A stretch of 41,010 nucleotides of DNA from a virus (lineage: Duplodnaviria > Caudoviricetes): IMG/VR virus record IMGVR_UViG_3300017910_000924, positions 1 through 41,010 of that record, one strand, 5' to 3'. A program made the translations under genes and the position numbers. Of the stretch, positions 10,301 to 17,283 are shown piece by piece. How positions within the stretch are numbered: position 1 is the stretch's first letter; every line of letters begins with the position of its first letter. Below the pieces are notes generated by a model, which had not been told where the DNA came from, searched no databases, and saw only the letters and a program-made list of their open reading frames with translations.

Positions 10301-13300
10301 GCAGTAACATATACAGGTAATTACGCTCGTACTTCTACACGTACGTCAACACGTACTCGTTACTCAGCATATGCAAGAACTCGTGCGACAAACTATACAC
10401 GTACACGAAACTCGGCTTATGCTCGTACACGTATCACAGACTACGTAGGTAACTTCACACGTGTCTCGACTCGTACGTCAACTCGTACCCGTTACAGTGC
10501 ATACTCAAGAACACGTATCACAGACTACGTAGGTGACTTTACACGCGTTTCAACACGAAACTCGACTCGTAACCGTGGTTCTGCTTACGCACGTACATCG
10601 ACTCGTACACGTGGCTCAGCATACACTCGTGACCGCGTAACCAACTTCGCAGGTAACTTCGTCGGAAACTACAGCCGTAACTTCGCTGGAGATTTCGTTG
10701 GAAACTACTCTCGTGCATTCGTTGGTGAGTACACTGGTAACTATACTGGTGAGTACACTCGTACTTCAACACGCACACGTTACTCTGCGTACGCACGTAC
10801 ACGTCTATCGACATTCGTAGGACAGTATGCGAACAGCTATACACGTCATCGCATCACGTCTTACTCACGCGTAGCTACTGCATACCCACACACAAGTGCT
10901 TACAACGATTTGTCTAACAAGTTGTGGGATGCCGGATTTATGAATAACTGGTCTGCGCCTAATACAGGTTCAGCTACAGGATATCCGACAGCAAGTCATG
11001 GTTTCCACCAGAATGGTGACGGCAACTCCATCATTTCTATCCCAGACACACCAAGAGGTGCTGGTGACGTTTGGGATATTTCTAATCAAGATGCCGAATC
11101 AAACGCGGACGGTGGTTGGAATAGTTCGTGGATGTCAGTAGATACAACTAAGACATATCGCTACTCAGTTTGGGTACGACGTAATACTATCGGTAATGGC
11201 CATACATATCTTGGTTCACGCGCATATAATTCAGGTGGTACTAATGTTGGTATGATTCCTGTTCATGGTCCAAATAACCACGGTACAGCAAATACAAATA
11301 CTTATTTTGTATCTAGTTTATGGAATTCGTTGACAGGAACAACAGCAAACACTGCTGGTGAGTGGTTCTTGTTAGTTGGTCACGTACATCCAGCAGATTA
11401 TACTGGTGGTGTAGATACAACTTCAGGTATCTATAACGAATCTGGAGAAAAAGTTGCTAACGTTAACTATGATATGAAGTGGGTGTCAGGCACTGCTTGG
11501 CAGCTACATCGTGCATACTTGTACTACTCAACAGACACTAGCACTAACCAACAGTTCTGGGAACCACGTGTTGATGATATGTCTCACGGTAGTGCGCCAA
11601 GCATTGACTTGCTACGTCACGGAACTCCATCATACTCACGCGTATTCACTGGTAACTACACTGGCAACTACTCACGCGGATTTGTTGGAAACTACTCGCG
11701 TAACTTCTCTGGTCAGTACAGCCGTAACTTTGCTGGTGACTTTGCAGGTAACTACGTAGGTAACTTCGCTGGAAACTATGTGGGCAACTACTCACGCGGT
11801 TTCGCAGGCGAATACACTGGTAATTACTCACGCAACTTCGCAGGTGAATATGTAGGCAACTATTCACGTGGATTCGCGGGAGAATATACAGGCGAATTCT
11901 CTGGCACTTACTCACGTAACTTCGCCGGTGATTATGTCGGTAATTACTCACGCAACTTTGCTGGTGAATACACCGGAACATACACTAACACATTCACTGG
12001 CAACTATTCACGTGACTTCGTCGGTAATTATGCTCGTGACTTTGCTGGTAACTTCGTAGGCGACTATGCAAGAACATTTACTGGTGAGTACACTGGTACA
12101 TATACACGCGACTTCGTCGGTAACTTTGCGGGTAACTACTCACGTGGATTCGCCGGTGAATATGCAGGAAATTACAGTCGCGACTTTGGTGGCAACTATG
12201 TAGGTAACTACAGCCGCGGATTTGCTGGTGAGTACACTGGAACGTTTACTGGTCCAAATCTACCTTTCCAAATGTCTAGATATGGATCATCTGGTGATCC
12301 AACACGTTTGATCGTAGGATCAACTACTCAAGCAGACACTATTGCAAGTGGGTTTACCAACCTTATTGTCAATCAAAATGAAAGATTGGGTAGAATCGAG
12401 TTTGTAGGAACAAATGGTAATGTTGCTGTAATTGAAGTTCAAGGAATGAGTGAGATATCTTCTATTCAAAGTAAGGTGGCTGAAGGCGTACCTTACATTG
12501 ACATTGGAGTATCTGGAACTGTTTCAAATTCAACTCTTGCAGCTGCACCAACAACACCTACTGATATTACTGAAGTCAGATTCCTATACAATCATACTGG
12601 AAACGATCAATATATCGGATCTGTTTACTCAACAAGCACAGGCTTCGTAGGCAACTACACTGGTGCATATTCACGCGGTTTCGCTGGTGATTATGTTGGT
12701 AATTACTCTCGTGAATTTGCAGGTGAGTATACTGGTGCTTTCACTCGTGCGTTCTCTGGTCAGTATGTCGGTAACTATAGCCGTGATTTCGTTGGCGAAT
12801 ACACAGGTAACTTCTCTCGTGACTTCGCTGGTGAGTACACTGGAACGTTTACTGGTCCAACAGAAAAGGTCTATCAGTCTGAGATTGGTATACGTGATGC
12901 AGGAACTTTGATCTCGTTTGGTGTTGGTAATGATGCACTAGCAGTTAAACAAGATTTTCAGGATCAAGTTACTGCGTCCGGTGTTAATAAAATAGAAATT
13001 TACTCTGGCACTAGGTTGGTGTATAGTGTAGAAACTACTAATGGCGAAGACCTATCTTGGTCTAATTACAATGTCCAAAGCAATCTAAACACCGGATACG
13101 GTATGAGTGTCACTAATGGTCATACCACCAAATTAGGATTATTGAGCTCAAGTTATGCTGTAAGGTCTGTTTATGGTGTTACGAATGATACTAATCACTT
13201 CTCATTTGATATGATTAAAGCATATGGTACTAGTGGATTGATTTCGACCGTTAACTACACTAGCAACCTAACAACAAACTTGGTAGATATACCTAACGGA

Positions 13301-16003
13301 ACAGCAGGTTTCGTAGGTAACTACACTGGTGCATACACTCGTAACATTACAGACTCGTTTGTAGGTAACTACAGCCGTAACTTTGTCGGTGAATATGCAG
13401 GTAACTATGCACGTGGGTTTACTGGTGAATATACTGGTACATTCTCGCGTGACTTTGGTGGCGAATACACCGGAACATATTCCCGTGACTTTGTTGGTGA
13501 ATACGTAGGAAACTACTCTCGCGACTTTGCTGGTGAGTACACTGGAACATTTACTGGTCCACTAGGAAGATCTTATGTAGAATTCGATTCTTCTAATCAG
13601 GATGGTGTTACTGTTCCTTCCGCTCACATAGGATCGGATGATTATACTATTGAAGCTTGGGTATATCCAACGACTTCTGGTGGCACTCGAATGATTGCTC
13701 GTAAAGATACTGGTGGTGTAGGTCATGGTAGTTGGGAGATATCTTTAGTTAATGGCAACAAGGTACGATATGAAGTTAAAGTTTATGGATCATCTTCAAG
13801 TACTACTGGTGTTCGTCAGCTTGATTCCAACACTACTTTGCCGGTTAACCAGTGGTCGCATATTGCTATCGTAGGTAATGCGGTCGGTGGTTATTCTCCT
13901 ACACAATATCAAGGTGGGCAAAATAGAATAAACAGAATGTGGATTAATGGTCAATGGCAAGGCGATTCAATGTCTGATGCATCTAGGCCGCCTGGAAGCA
14001 CTAAATTCCATATTATGAATTTGAGTTCTAGCTCGGGCACAATTCAACTTGGTTATCAAAATGTTAGTGGTAATACATCCCTGCATTTTGATGGTAAGAT
14101 CTCAAACTTTAGAATTGTCAAGAATGCGGTTGCGTATCCTACAACAGAACATTCTTTCTACAATTCAGTATCAGATCCTGCTTCTGATTCGACATTTACT
14201 CCAAACATTAACTTGTCAACCTCAGTTTCTGGTTTCCAGATGTTAGCACTTGCTGCGGGTAATGAGAATATTATCTCGAACCCTAATAACCTATCACTAA
14301 TTTCAGAGGTGGGTTTCGTAGGCAACTACACTGGTGCATACACTCGTAACATTACAGACGCATATACTGGCGCATACACTCGAAACTTTACTGGTGACTA
14401 CACTGGAGCATACTCTCGTGGATTCTCAGGACAGTACACCGGAACATTCTCGCGTGGATTTACTGGCGACTTCGTCAATAACTTCTCTCGTGACTTTGTT
14501 GGTCAGTATACAGGTAACTATTCACGCGGATTCGCTGGTGAATATACTGGAACGTTTACTGGACCAGTATTCCCAATTGTTGAATTGGTCAATCAAGGTG
14601 TTTTTGCAAATAACCCATCTAATAGTGGTCAGTTCCCAGCTGGGTGGCAAAATTTGAACTACCCAAATACTGAGCCACAGATTACAACAGCCTTGGGAGA
14701 TGGCTCTAAACGATTGCATATCAAACAATGGTCGTTTACTCCTAGAGTTAATAACCAGAGAGTTATGAAGCAGACAATAAATGGGCTTACTCCTGGCCGA
14801 GAATATGAGTTGAAGATTTTTGCTTACGATACAAGCCAAGTATCAGATGGTGCTGGTGGAACTATAGAAAACCCTCCAGCATTAGAACTTGTACACGGGA
14901 GTACATCTGAATTTGTGGGCGAGGCGTTGACGCCAAGAAATCATAACTTCCCACCATATAATTCGGACAGTGTTACATTTATTGCATCAGCAACCAGCGC
15001 CACACTATATGTTTTGAGAGCTGTGAGTGTTGTTAGCGATATCTCATTGAAGGCTACTCAAGTATTAACTGGCTTTGCAGGTAACTACGTAGGTAACTAT
15101 AGTCGTGACTTTGTTGGTGATTACACAGGTGACTTCTCTCGTGACTTCGCTGGTGAGTACACTGGTAACTACAGTCGTTCGTTCACTGGAGAGTACACCG
15201 GAACATTCTCATCGTACTTCACAGGAAACTACACGGGTAATTACTCACGTACGTTTGCTGGTGAGTATACTGGAACGTACACTGGTCCACAGCAAACTGC
15301 ATATCAGTCTGATGTTGGTGTAGTGAACGGTTTCGGTTCTTCTAACGGCATATACTTCAGTACAGCCACTAATTCTCAATCGGTTAGAGATACCGTTATG
15401 AGCGCAATTACTGGAGATACGGCAAAGATTGAGTTCTGTTTTGGACCAAATACATTCTTCAGCATAGAATCGCCGTCACACCTAAACTCCGGTATTCTTC
15501 AGACACATAATTATTACTTTAATAATTCTTCTAGTGGATATGGTATTACGTTCTCAAATGGAAATAACCTTATTGTTACTTACGACGGAAGTAAGTCGGT
15601 TAATGCACAGGCATATGTTCTTTCTAAATCGTTTGATACCGTTAAGACATATGATGTGAACGGTAACTTACTACAAAGCGTAGAACTAACAAGCAACTTG
15701 ACATCTAACTTGGTTAATGTCCCAGGCGCAGTTGGTTATGTCGGTAACTACTCACGTGTCCGTGTATCAGCATACTCACGTCTACGTACGTCTGCTTATA
15801 CTGGCACTTACTCACGTGATCGAGTGTCTACATATGTCGGTGACTTTATTGGTGACTACGCTCGAAACTTTGCTGGTAATTACACACGTTCGTTCGAAGG
15901 TAACTATGCAAGATCGTTCGTAGGTAACTATGTCGGTGCAACGGTTTCGGACAGTCTAACAAACGTTACTGAAACATATACATTATATGTGAGGGTTGCA
16001 TAA
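4349..16003 (+). CDS. Giant (3884 aa) virion fibre/filament-like protein: base domain, beta-propeller, two complementary tetrapeptide-repeat arms, tip domain and six inserted domains (one LamG-like)
   Basis: Uninterrupted 11.65-kb ORF behind a late promoter, among tail/fibre genes; [YF]xRx / RxSx / [YF]xGx repeats; FG-GAP-like blades; YTIEAWVYP...QWSHIAIV...FDGKISNFRIVK LamG motif at about 13562-14314. Confidence 0.8.
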   Translation: MSASSIPLKIKNSNGDLQEFTPAQENYLAYAVGQVLAEASAGDVGDISLTDGNSIGSFTDAYYNEPAGTHPLSNLTTTTTTTTLKQVAGPADESGADFTRPVGYYENGPNPGFYEMVDADLDNLAGRVIGNMAQNNYTGTFKLAKTSPGADYSVFIENAFSDTHGDGTVENYSIYQRVTMPAVDAHRPVTICYDDDASVAVNLSDVSSLNLYQGQDTVITAAPTDSNGDAITWSFEEVKSSLFFAADDYMNVYDPNTLQLLHSLGPFQSNLGTQIGSMAVGGGKYAVGDGIQTNSQILVYDINDLTATPTTITDSSDNGFGKSIALSDDKLYVGMWKSNNRAGGVLVYDLNDLSASPTEITSPYPFPNYGRFGDNNLEVVGNKVFISQVRGQNGEGVIYVYDNSDLSATPIEVRAPGSDSFNGDGFGWEGRFAVSDTHLIVGQIYGGSMAQRSTPTHSGLVHIYDISDLSAAPKTIQPFDATANGYFGYTVEISNDYIVVGAKNNNTSIESFYTYNMSDISGAPHYDQTYKPTVTKIESPETAGQRFGKSIRIIENQIFVSVELGDTNGTNTGSVYVYDATDLTATPQEIVGSRDYANFGNSMVAYKAPSAASNGVTVTQSDNVFTVTPGSSAASFKLRFTGDETKDVDFTVSAAQKFDGFKEMTDAQIKYSLGQRVKSLRATAGAIGSYQLRSSAQGAPIMPGTWLSAGTATNTRRSLVDVGYTRTRNSSYVRSRVSAYTRDRISTFTRNSIASFARTFTGDYTGEYSRGFTGNYSRDFVGNYSRTRTSTFDGTYTRGRLSTFAADYVRSRVSTYDGTFSRNRLSTYSRESTRSRNSAYTQVFSRTRASAFIADYTRARTSTYDGTFARDRISSYIDTYTRTRPSTFAGNFTTTRTSTYDGTFSRVRNSSYTGTYSRDRVSSYAGTYTRERASTYTGEYTRARTSTFDGTFSQLRTSSFSDTYARTRTSSYDGTYARTRTSTYDGTYARTRVSSYVDTYTRTRNSTFSASYTRERPSSYSGEFTRNRTSTFDGTFSRTRNSSYSGTFTRTRVSSYIDTYSRARISSYSGTFARNRISSYSDTYARTRNSIYTGQYTRTRTSTFDGTFSRVRNSAYAADYTRTRTSAYGATYSRVRASAYTRTRLTAFTNSYSGTFSRARVSVYTRDRVTNFAGIFARTRTSAYTRGRVSTYSGTFARARTSVYSAAYSRTRVSSYTGTYAGTFSRTRISAYSDTYSRSRNSVYTRTSARTRNSSYSADYTRTRVTDYTRNRVTNFAGVFSRARVSTYARTRTSVYSAAYARDRVSSYVRAQNLAQFTGNFAGNYSRNFAGNYSRNFVGNYSRGFAGNYVGNYARVSTRVSARTRYSAYARTSTRTRASAYTRDRVTNFAGNFVGNYSRNFIGDYVGNYSRTFVGDYTGNYTGNYARTFTGNFAGNYARAFAGNYAGNYTGNYTTTFTGNFVGNYARNFVGDYVGNFVGNYARAFAGNFAGNYVGEYTRARPSSFVGNYARGFVGNYVGNFVGNYARAFAGNFAGNYTGNYATTFTGNFVGNYARGFAGNFAGNYVGEYARTSTRTSTRVLPYTRSLSFTGDFVGNYARNYSANYTRTPAYTRTLYYAGDFVGNYARTRTGSYEGNYARTRVTNFAGNFTGNYTRGVTYTGNYNRNVTYTGNYARSVAYTRTRTVTSTQAATFTRTSTRTSTTSGTTVNDAYVANYFVVTTGWVRDSEGGVTINQVYIDGMVVAQATGASVTQITAGGVTYYRGSHRQNFGAFVSRYGVTYQAGGGSFAGNFVGNYTGTQSFSTNYTGNYARNVAYTRNRVAAVAYTRNRAATLTYTRDRVTNFAGDFVGNYARNRAFSYEGNYARTSTRTSTNTGYYTRTLSYTGNYARAFTRNRTQVSTRTDTYTRTGSYVGDFVGNYARTSTRTSTRTRYSAYARTRVTNFVGDFSRVSTRTSTRTRYSAYARTRATDYTRTRNSAYSRTSAVTYTGNYARTSTRTSTRTRYSAYARTRATNYTRTRNSAYARTRITDYVGNFTRVSTRTSTRTRYSAYSRTRITDYVGDFTRVSTRNSTRNRGSAYARTSTRTRGSAYTRDRVTNFAGNFVGNYSRNFAGDFVGNYSRAFVGEYTGNYTGEYTRTSTRTRYSAYARTRLSTFVGQYANSYTRHRITSYSRVATAYPHTSAYNDLSNKLWDAGFMNNWSAPNTGSATGYPTASHGFHQNGDGNSIISIPDTPRGAGDVWDISNQDAESNADGGWNSSWMSVDTTKTYRYSVWVRRNTIGNGHTYLGSRAYNSGGTNVGMIPVHGPNNHGTANTNTYFVSSLWNSLTGTTANTAGEWFLLVGHVHPADYTGGVDTTSGIYNESGEKVANVNYDMKWVSGTAWQLHRAYLYYSTDTSTNQQFWEPRVDDMSHGSAPSIDLLRHGTPSYSRVFTGNYTGNYSRGFVGNYSRNFSGQYSRNFAGDFAGNYVGNFAGNYVGNYSRGFAGEYTGNYSRNFAGEYVGNYSRGFAGEYTGEFSGTYSRNFAGDYVGNYSRNFAGEYTGTYTNTFTGNYSRDFVGNYARDFAGNFVGDYARTFTGEYTGTYTRDFVGNFAGNYSRGFAGEYAGNYSRDFGGNYVGNYSRGFAGEYTGTFTGPNLPFQMSRYGSSGDPTRLIVGSTTQADTIASGFTNLIVNQNERLGRIEFVGTNGNVAVIEVQGMSEISSIQSKVAEGVPYIDIGVSGTVSNSTLAAAPTTPTDITEVRFLYNHTGNDQYIGSVYSTSTGFVGNYTGAYSRGFAGDYVGNYSREFAGEYTGAFTRAFSGQYVGNYSRDFVGEYTGNFSRDFAGEYTGTFTGPTEKVYQSEIGIRDAGTLISFGVGNDALAVKQDFQDQVTASGVNKIEIYSGTRLVYSVETTNGEDLSWSNYNVQSNLNTGYGMSVTNGHTTKLGLLSSSYAVRSVYGVTNDTNHFSFDMIKAYGTSGLISTVNYTSNLTTNLVDIPNGTAGFVGNYTGAYTRNITDSFVGNYSRNFVGEYAGNYARGFTGEYTGTFSRDFGGEYTGTYSRDFVGEYVGNYSRDFAGEYTGTFTGPLGRSYVEFDSSNQDGVTVPSAHIGSDDYTIEAWVYPTTSGGTRMIARKDTGGVGHGSWEISLVNGNKVRYEVKVYGSSSSTTGVRQLDSNTTLPVNQWSHIAIVGNAVGGYSPTQYQGGQNRINRMWINGQWQGDSMSDASRPPGSTKFHIMNLSSSSGTIQLGYQNVSGNTSLHFDGKISNFRIVKNAVAYPTTEHSFYNSVSDPASDSTFTPNINLSTSVSGFQMLALAAGNENIISNPNNLSLISEVGFVGNYTGAYTRNITDAYTGAYTRNFTGDYTGAYSRGFSGQYTGTFSRGFTGDFVNNFSRDFVGQYTGNYSRGFAGEYTGTFTGPVFPIVELVNQGVFANNPSNSGQFPAGWQNLNYPNTEPQITTALGDGSKRLHIKQWSFTPRVNNQRVMKQTINGLTPGREYELKIFAYDTSQVSDGAGGTIENPPALELVHGSTSEFVGEALTPRNHNFPPYNSDSVTFIASATSATLYVLRAVSVVSDISLKATQVLTGFAGNYVGNYSRDFVGDYTGDFSRDFAGEYTGNYSRSFTGEYTGTFSSYFTGNYTGNYSRTFAGEYTGTYTGPQQTAYQSDVGVVNGFGSSNGIYFSTATNSQSVRDTVMSAITGDTAKIEFCFGPNTFFSIESPSHLNSGILQTHNYYFNNSSSGYGITFSNGNNLIVTYDGSKSVNAQAYVLSKSFDTVKTYDVNGNLLQSVELTSNLTSNLVNVPGAVGYVGNYSRVRVSAYSRLRTSAYTGTYSRDRVSTYVGDFIGDYARNFAGNYTRSFEGNYARSFVGNYVGATVSDSLTNVTETYTLYVRVA
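6518..9448 (+). repeat. Coding repeat, outgoing arm (about 977 aa) with 12-nt / 4-aa periodicity
   Basis: Words YTRT RNSS YVRS RVSA ... in continuous register, broken only by QNLAQ and eight dipeptide shifts near the tip. Confidence 0.9.
9710..15928 (+). repeat. Coding repeat, returning arm (about 972 aa after removing six inserts)
   Basis: Words FAGN FVGN YSRN ...; inserts at about 10874-11632, 12257-12643, 12860-13309, 13562-14314, 14567-15073 and 15290-15736. Confidence 0.9.
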
Positions 16004-16024
16004 GCGCCCTCATTATGATATAAT
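15996..16024 (+). promoter_or_regulatory. Putative sigma70-type promoter for the downstream three-gene operon
   Basis: TTGCAT (15996-16001), 17-bp spacer, TATAAT (16019-16024) with extended TG at 16016-16017. Confidence 0.55.
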
Positions 16025-16064
16025 AGTCAAAACGGGTCATTCACGTGGCCCGTTTTATTTGACT
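16025..16064 (+). terminator. Stem-loop, probable terminator of the giant gene
   Basis: aaaacgggtcat-tcac-gtggcccgtttt followed by attt; stem extendable via agtcaa/ttgact. Confidence 0.6.
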
Positions 16065-16106
16065 ACTATATACATTTGAATTGAACTGAACTCTTTGGAG
16101 ATATTG

Positions 16107-16568
16107 ATGAGTTATAAAAGATGGATGGATAATGCATTCTGGGAAACAGAACAGAAAAACGAATTAAACTGTATCCTAGAACTTGAAGATGATGTCGGTC
16201 GTGTTACGCGGCAACAAATGTTTTTACGTCGTTTTGAAAAGAATGGCAATGAAAACGAACTGTTTAATGAAGTAGTTGATGCGCTAGGTGAAGCAAGAAT
16301 TGATGAGGAAACTGAGGCACGTGTCGTTCGTAAGAAGGCAGAGGCCGAAGAATCTAAGATTCGTGAGGATGAACACAACAAAGCGCGTAAACTAGAAAAA
16401 CTGTTCAACTACAAACTAGAAGCGTTTGAGGTTGAAGAGATTAAAAACTCTAAGAACCGAAAGTTGAAGGCAAAATTGCGTCGTGCGAAATCTAAGATCG
16501 AAGTAGATATGTACTCGATCATGATCTTACAAGACCAACTAGAGGCCGAGACAGATGGAAAAGAGTAA
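16107..16568 (+). CDS. Hypothetical charged helical protein (possible assembly chaperone)
   Basis: ATG at 16107 has SD ggag, a better start than 16095; E/K/R-rich; overlaps the next gene. Confidence 0.6.
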   Translation: MSYKRWMDNAFWETEQKNELNCILELEDDVGRVTRQQMFLRRFEKNGNENELFNEVVDALGEARIDEETEARVVRKKAEAEESKIREDEHNKARKLEKLFNYKLEAFEVEEIKNSKNRKLKAKLRRAKSKIEVDMYSIMILQDQLEAETDGKE

Positions 16569-17283
16569 AGGATTTATAATTGTTGCGTCTAAGAATCGCA
16601 ACTTTTATTTGTATGCAATCAACCTAGCAGAATCGATTCGAGACTACTATGAGGATTGTAAGATCTGTCTAGTGACAGAAGAACGCTTTATTGATGCACG
16701 TGGTGAAGATGTTGCGGATGATATTATCTTCTGCGATGACCACTACCGTGCGAAGTTATGGGGTATGGCTAAGTCACCATATGACATAACTATGTACATT
16801 GACGCTGATATGGAAGTAGAGCATGAAGATATTGTCAATGTATGGGATGAACTAAAGGACCATGATATGGTCTTTACTGCGTTGACAGACGACCGTAGTT
16901 ACATCTATGCGGAACGTGACTTTGATACGCCTCAAGGTAAAGCGAAGTTCACATTGTGCGGTGCGGTATGTCTATATGATATGAGCAAACCAATTGTTCG
17001 TGAGTTCATGGATGATTGGTGGGACTTAACGTATCGTCAAATGAACGATACTTGGTGGCCAGAAGGGTATGCAGACAGTCTCAAGTCTTGGGACCAGTTC
17101 TCACTCTGGTGGCTGACCAACAAAGAAGAAAAGTACAAGGATCTCAAGGTTGGCATTTTTGATGACGACTTGAGATGGAACTATTATAACGCTCTTAACT
17201 GGGCGAGAACAAAACCTGAGACAGGACCAGTGATTATTCGTCACTTCTCTGCGGGTTTAAACAAGGATACTCCAATCATATGA
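16555..17283 (+). CDS. Glycosyltransferase, GT-A fold (GT8-like)
   Basis: N-terminal GFIIVA...A.NLAESIR; K...M..SPYD.T.YIDAD (DxD motif); WDQFSL; RWNY; IIRHF. Confidence 0.8.
   Translation: MEKSKGFIIVASKNRNFYLYAINLAESIRDYYEDCKICLVTEERFIDARGEDVADDIIFCDDHYRAKLWGMAKSPYDITMYIDADMEVEHEDIVNVWDELKDHDMVFTALTDDRSYIYAERDFDTPQGKAKFTLCGAVCLYDMSKPIVREFMDDWWDLTYRQMNDTWWPEGYADSLKSWDQFSLWWLTNKEEKYKDLKVGIFDDDLRWNYYNALNWARTKPETGPVIIRHFSAGLNKDTPII

Noticed and set aside
12221-15760. Diversity-generating retroelement or invertase shufflon
   Set aside because: No reverse transcriptase or recombinase in the window, no adenine-specific TR/VR pair seen, and the flanks are direct and in frame.
6518-15928. DNA-level inverted repeat explaining the arm symmetry
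   Set aside because: The reverse complement of ggtaactac-type words encodes VVT, not the R/S words; the complementarity is only at the amino-acid level.
6518-15928. CRISPR array or non-coding satellite
   Set aside because: Repeats are degenerate at third codon positions, lie in one open frame, and have no repeat-spacer structure or cas genes.
6518-15928. Ice-nucleation protein, collagen or RiPP precursor
   Set aside because: No AGYGST or Gly-X-Y pattern, no leader/cleavage motifs or protease; the embedded folded domains and late promoter point to a structural protein.
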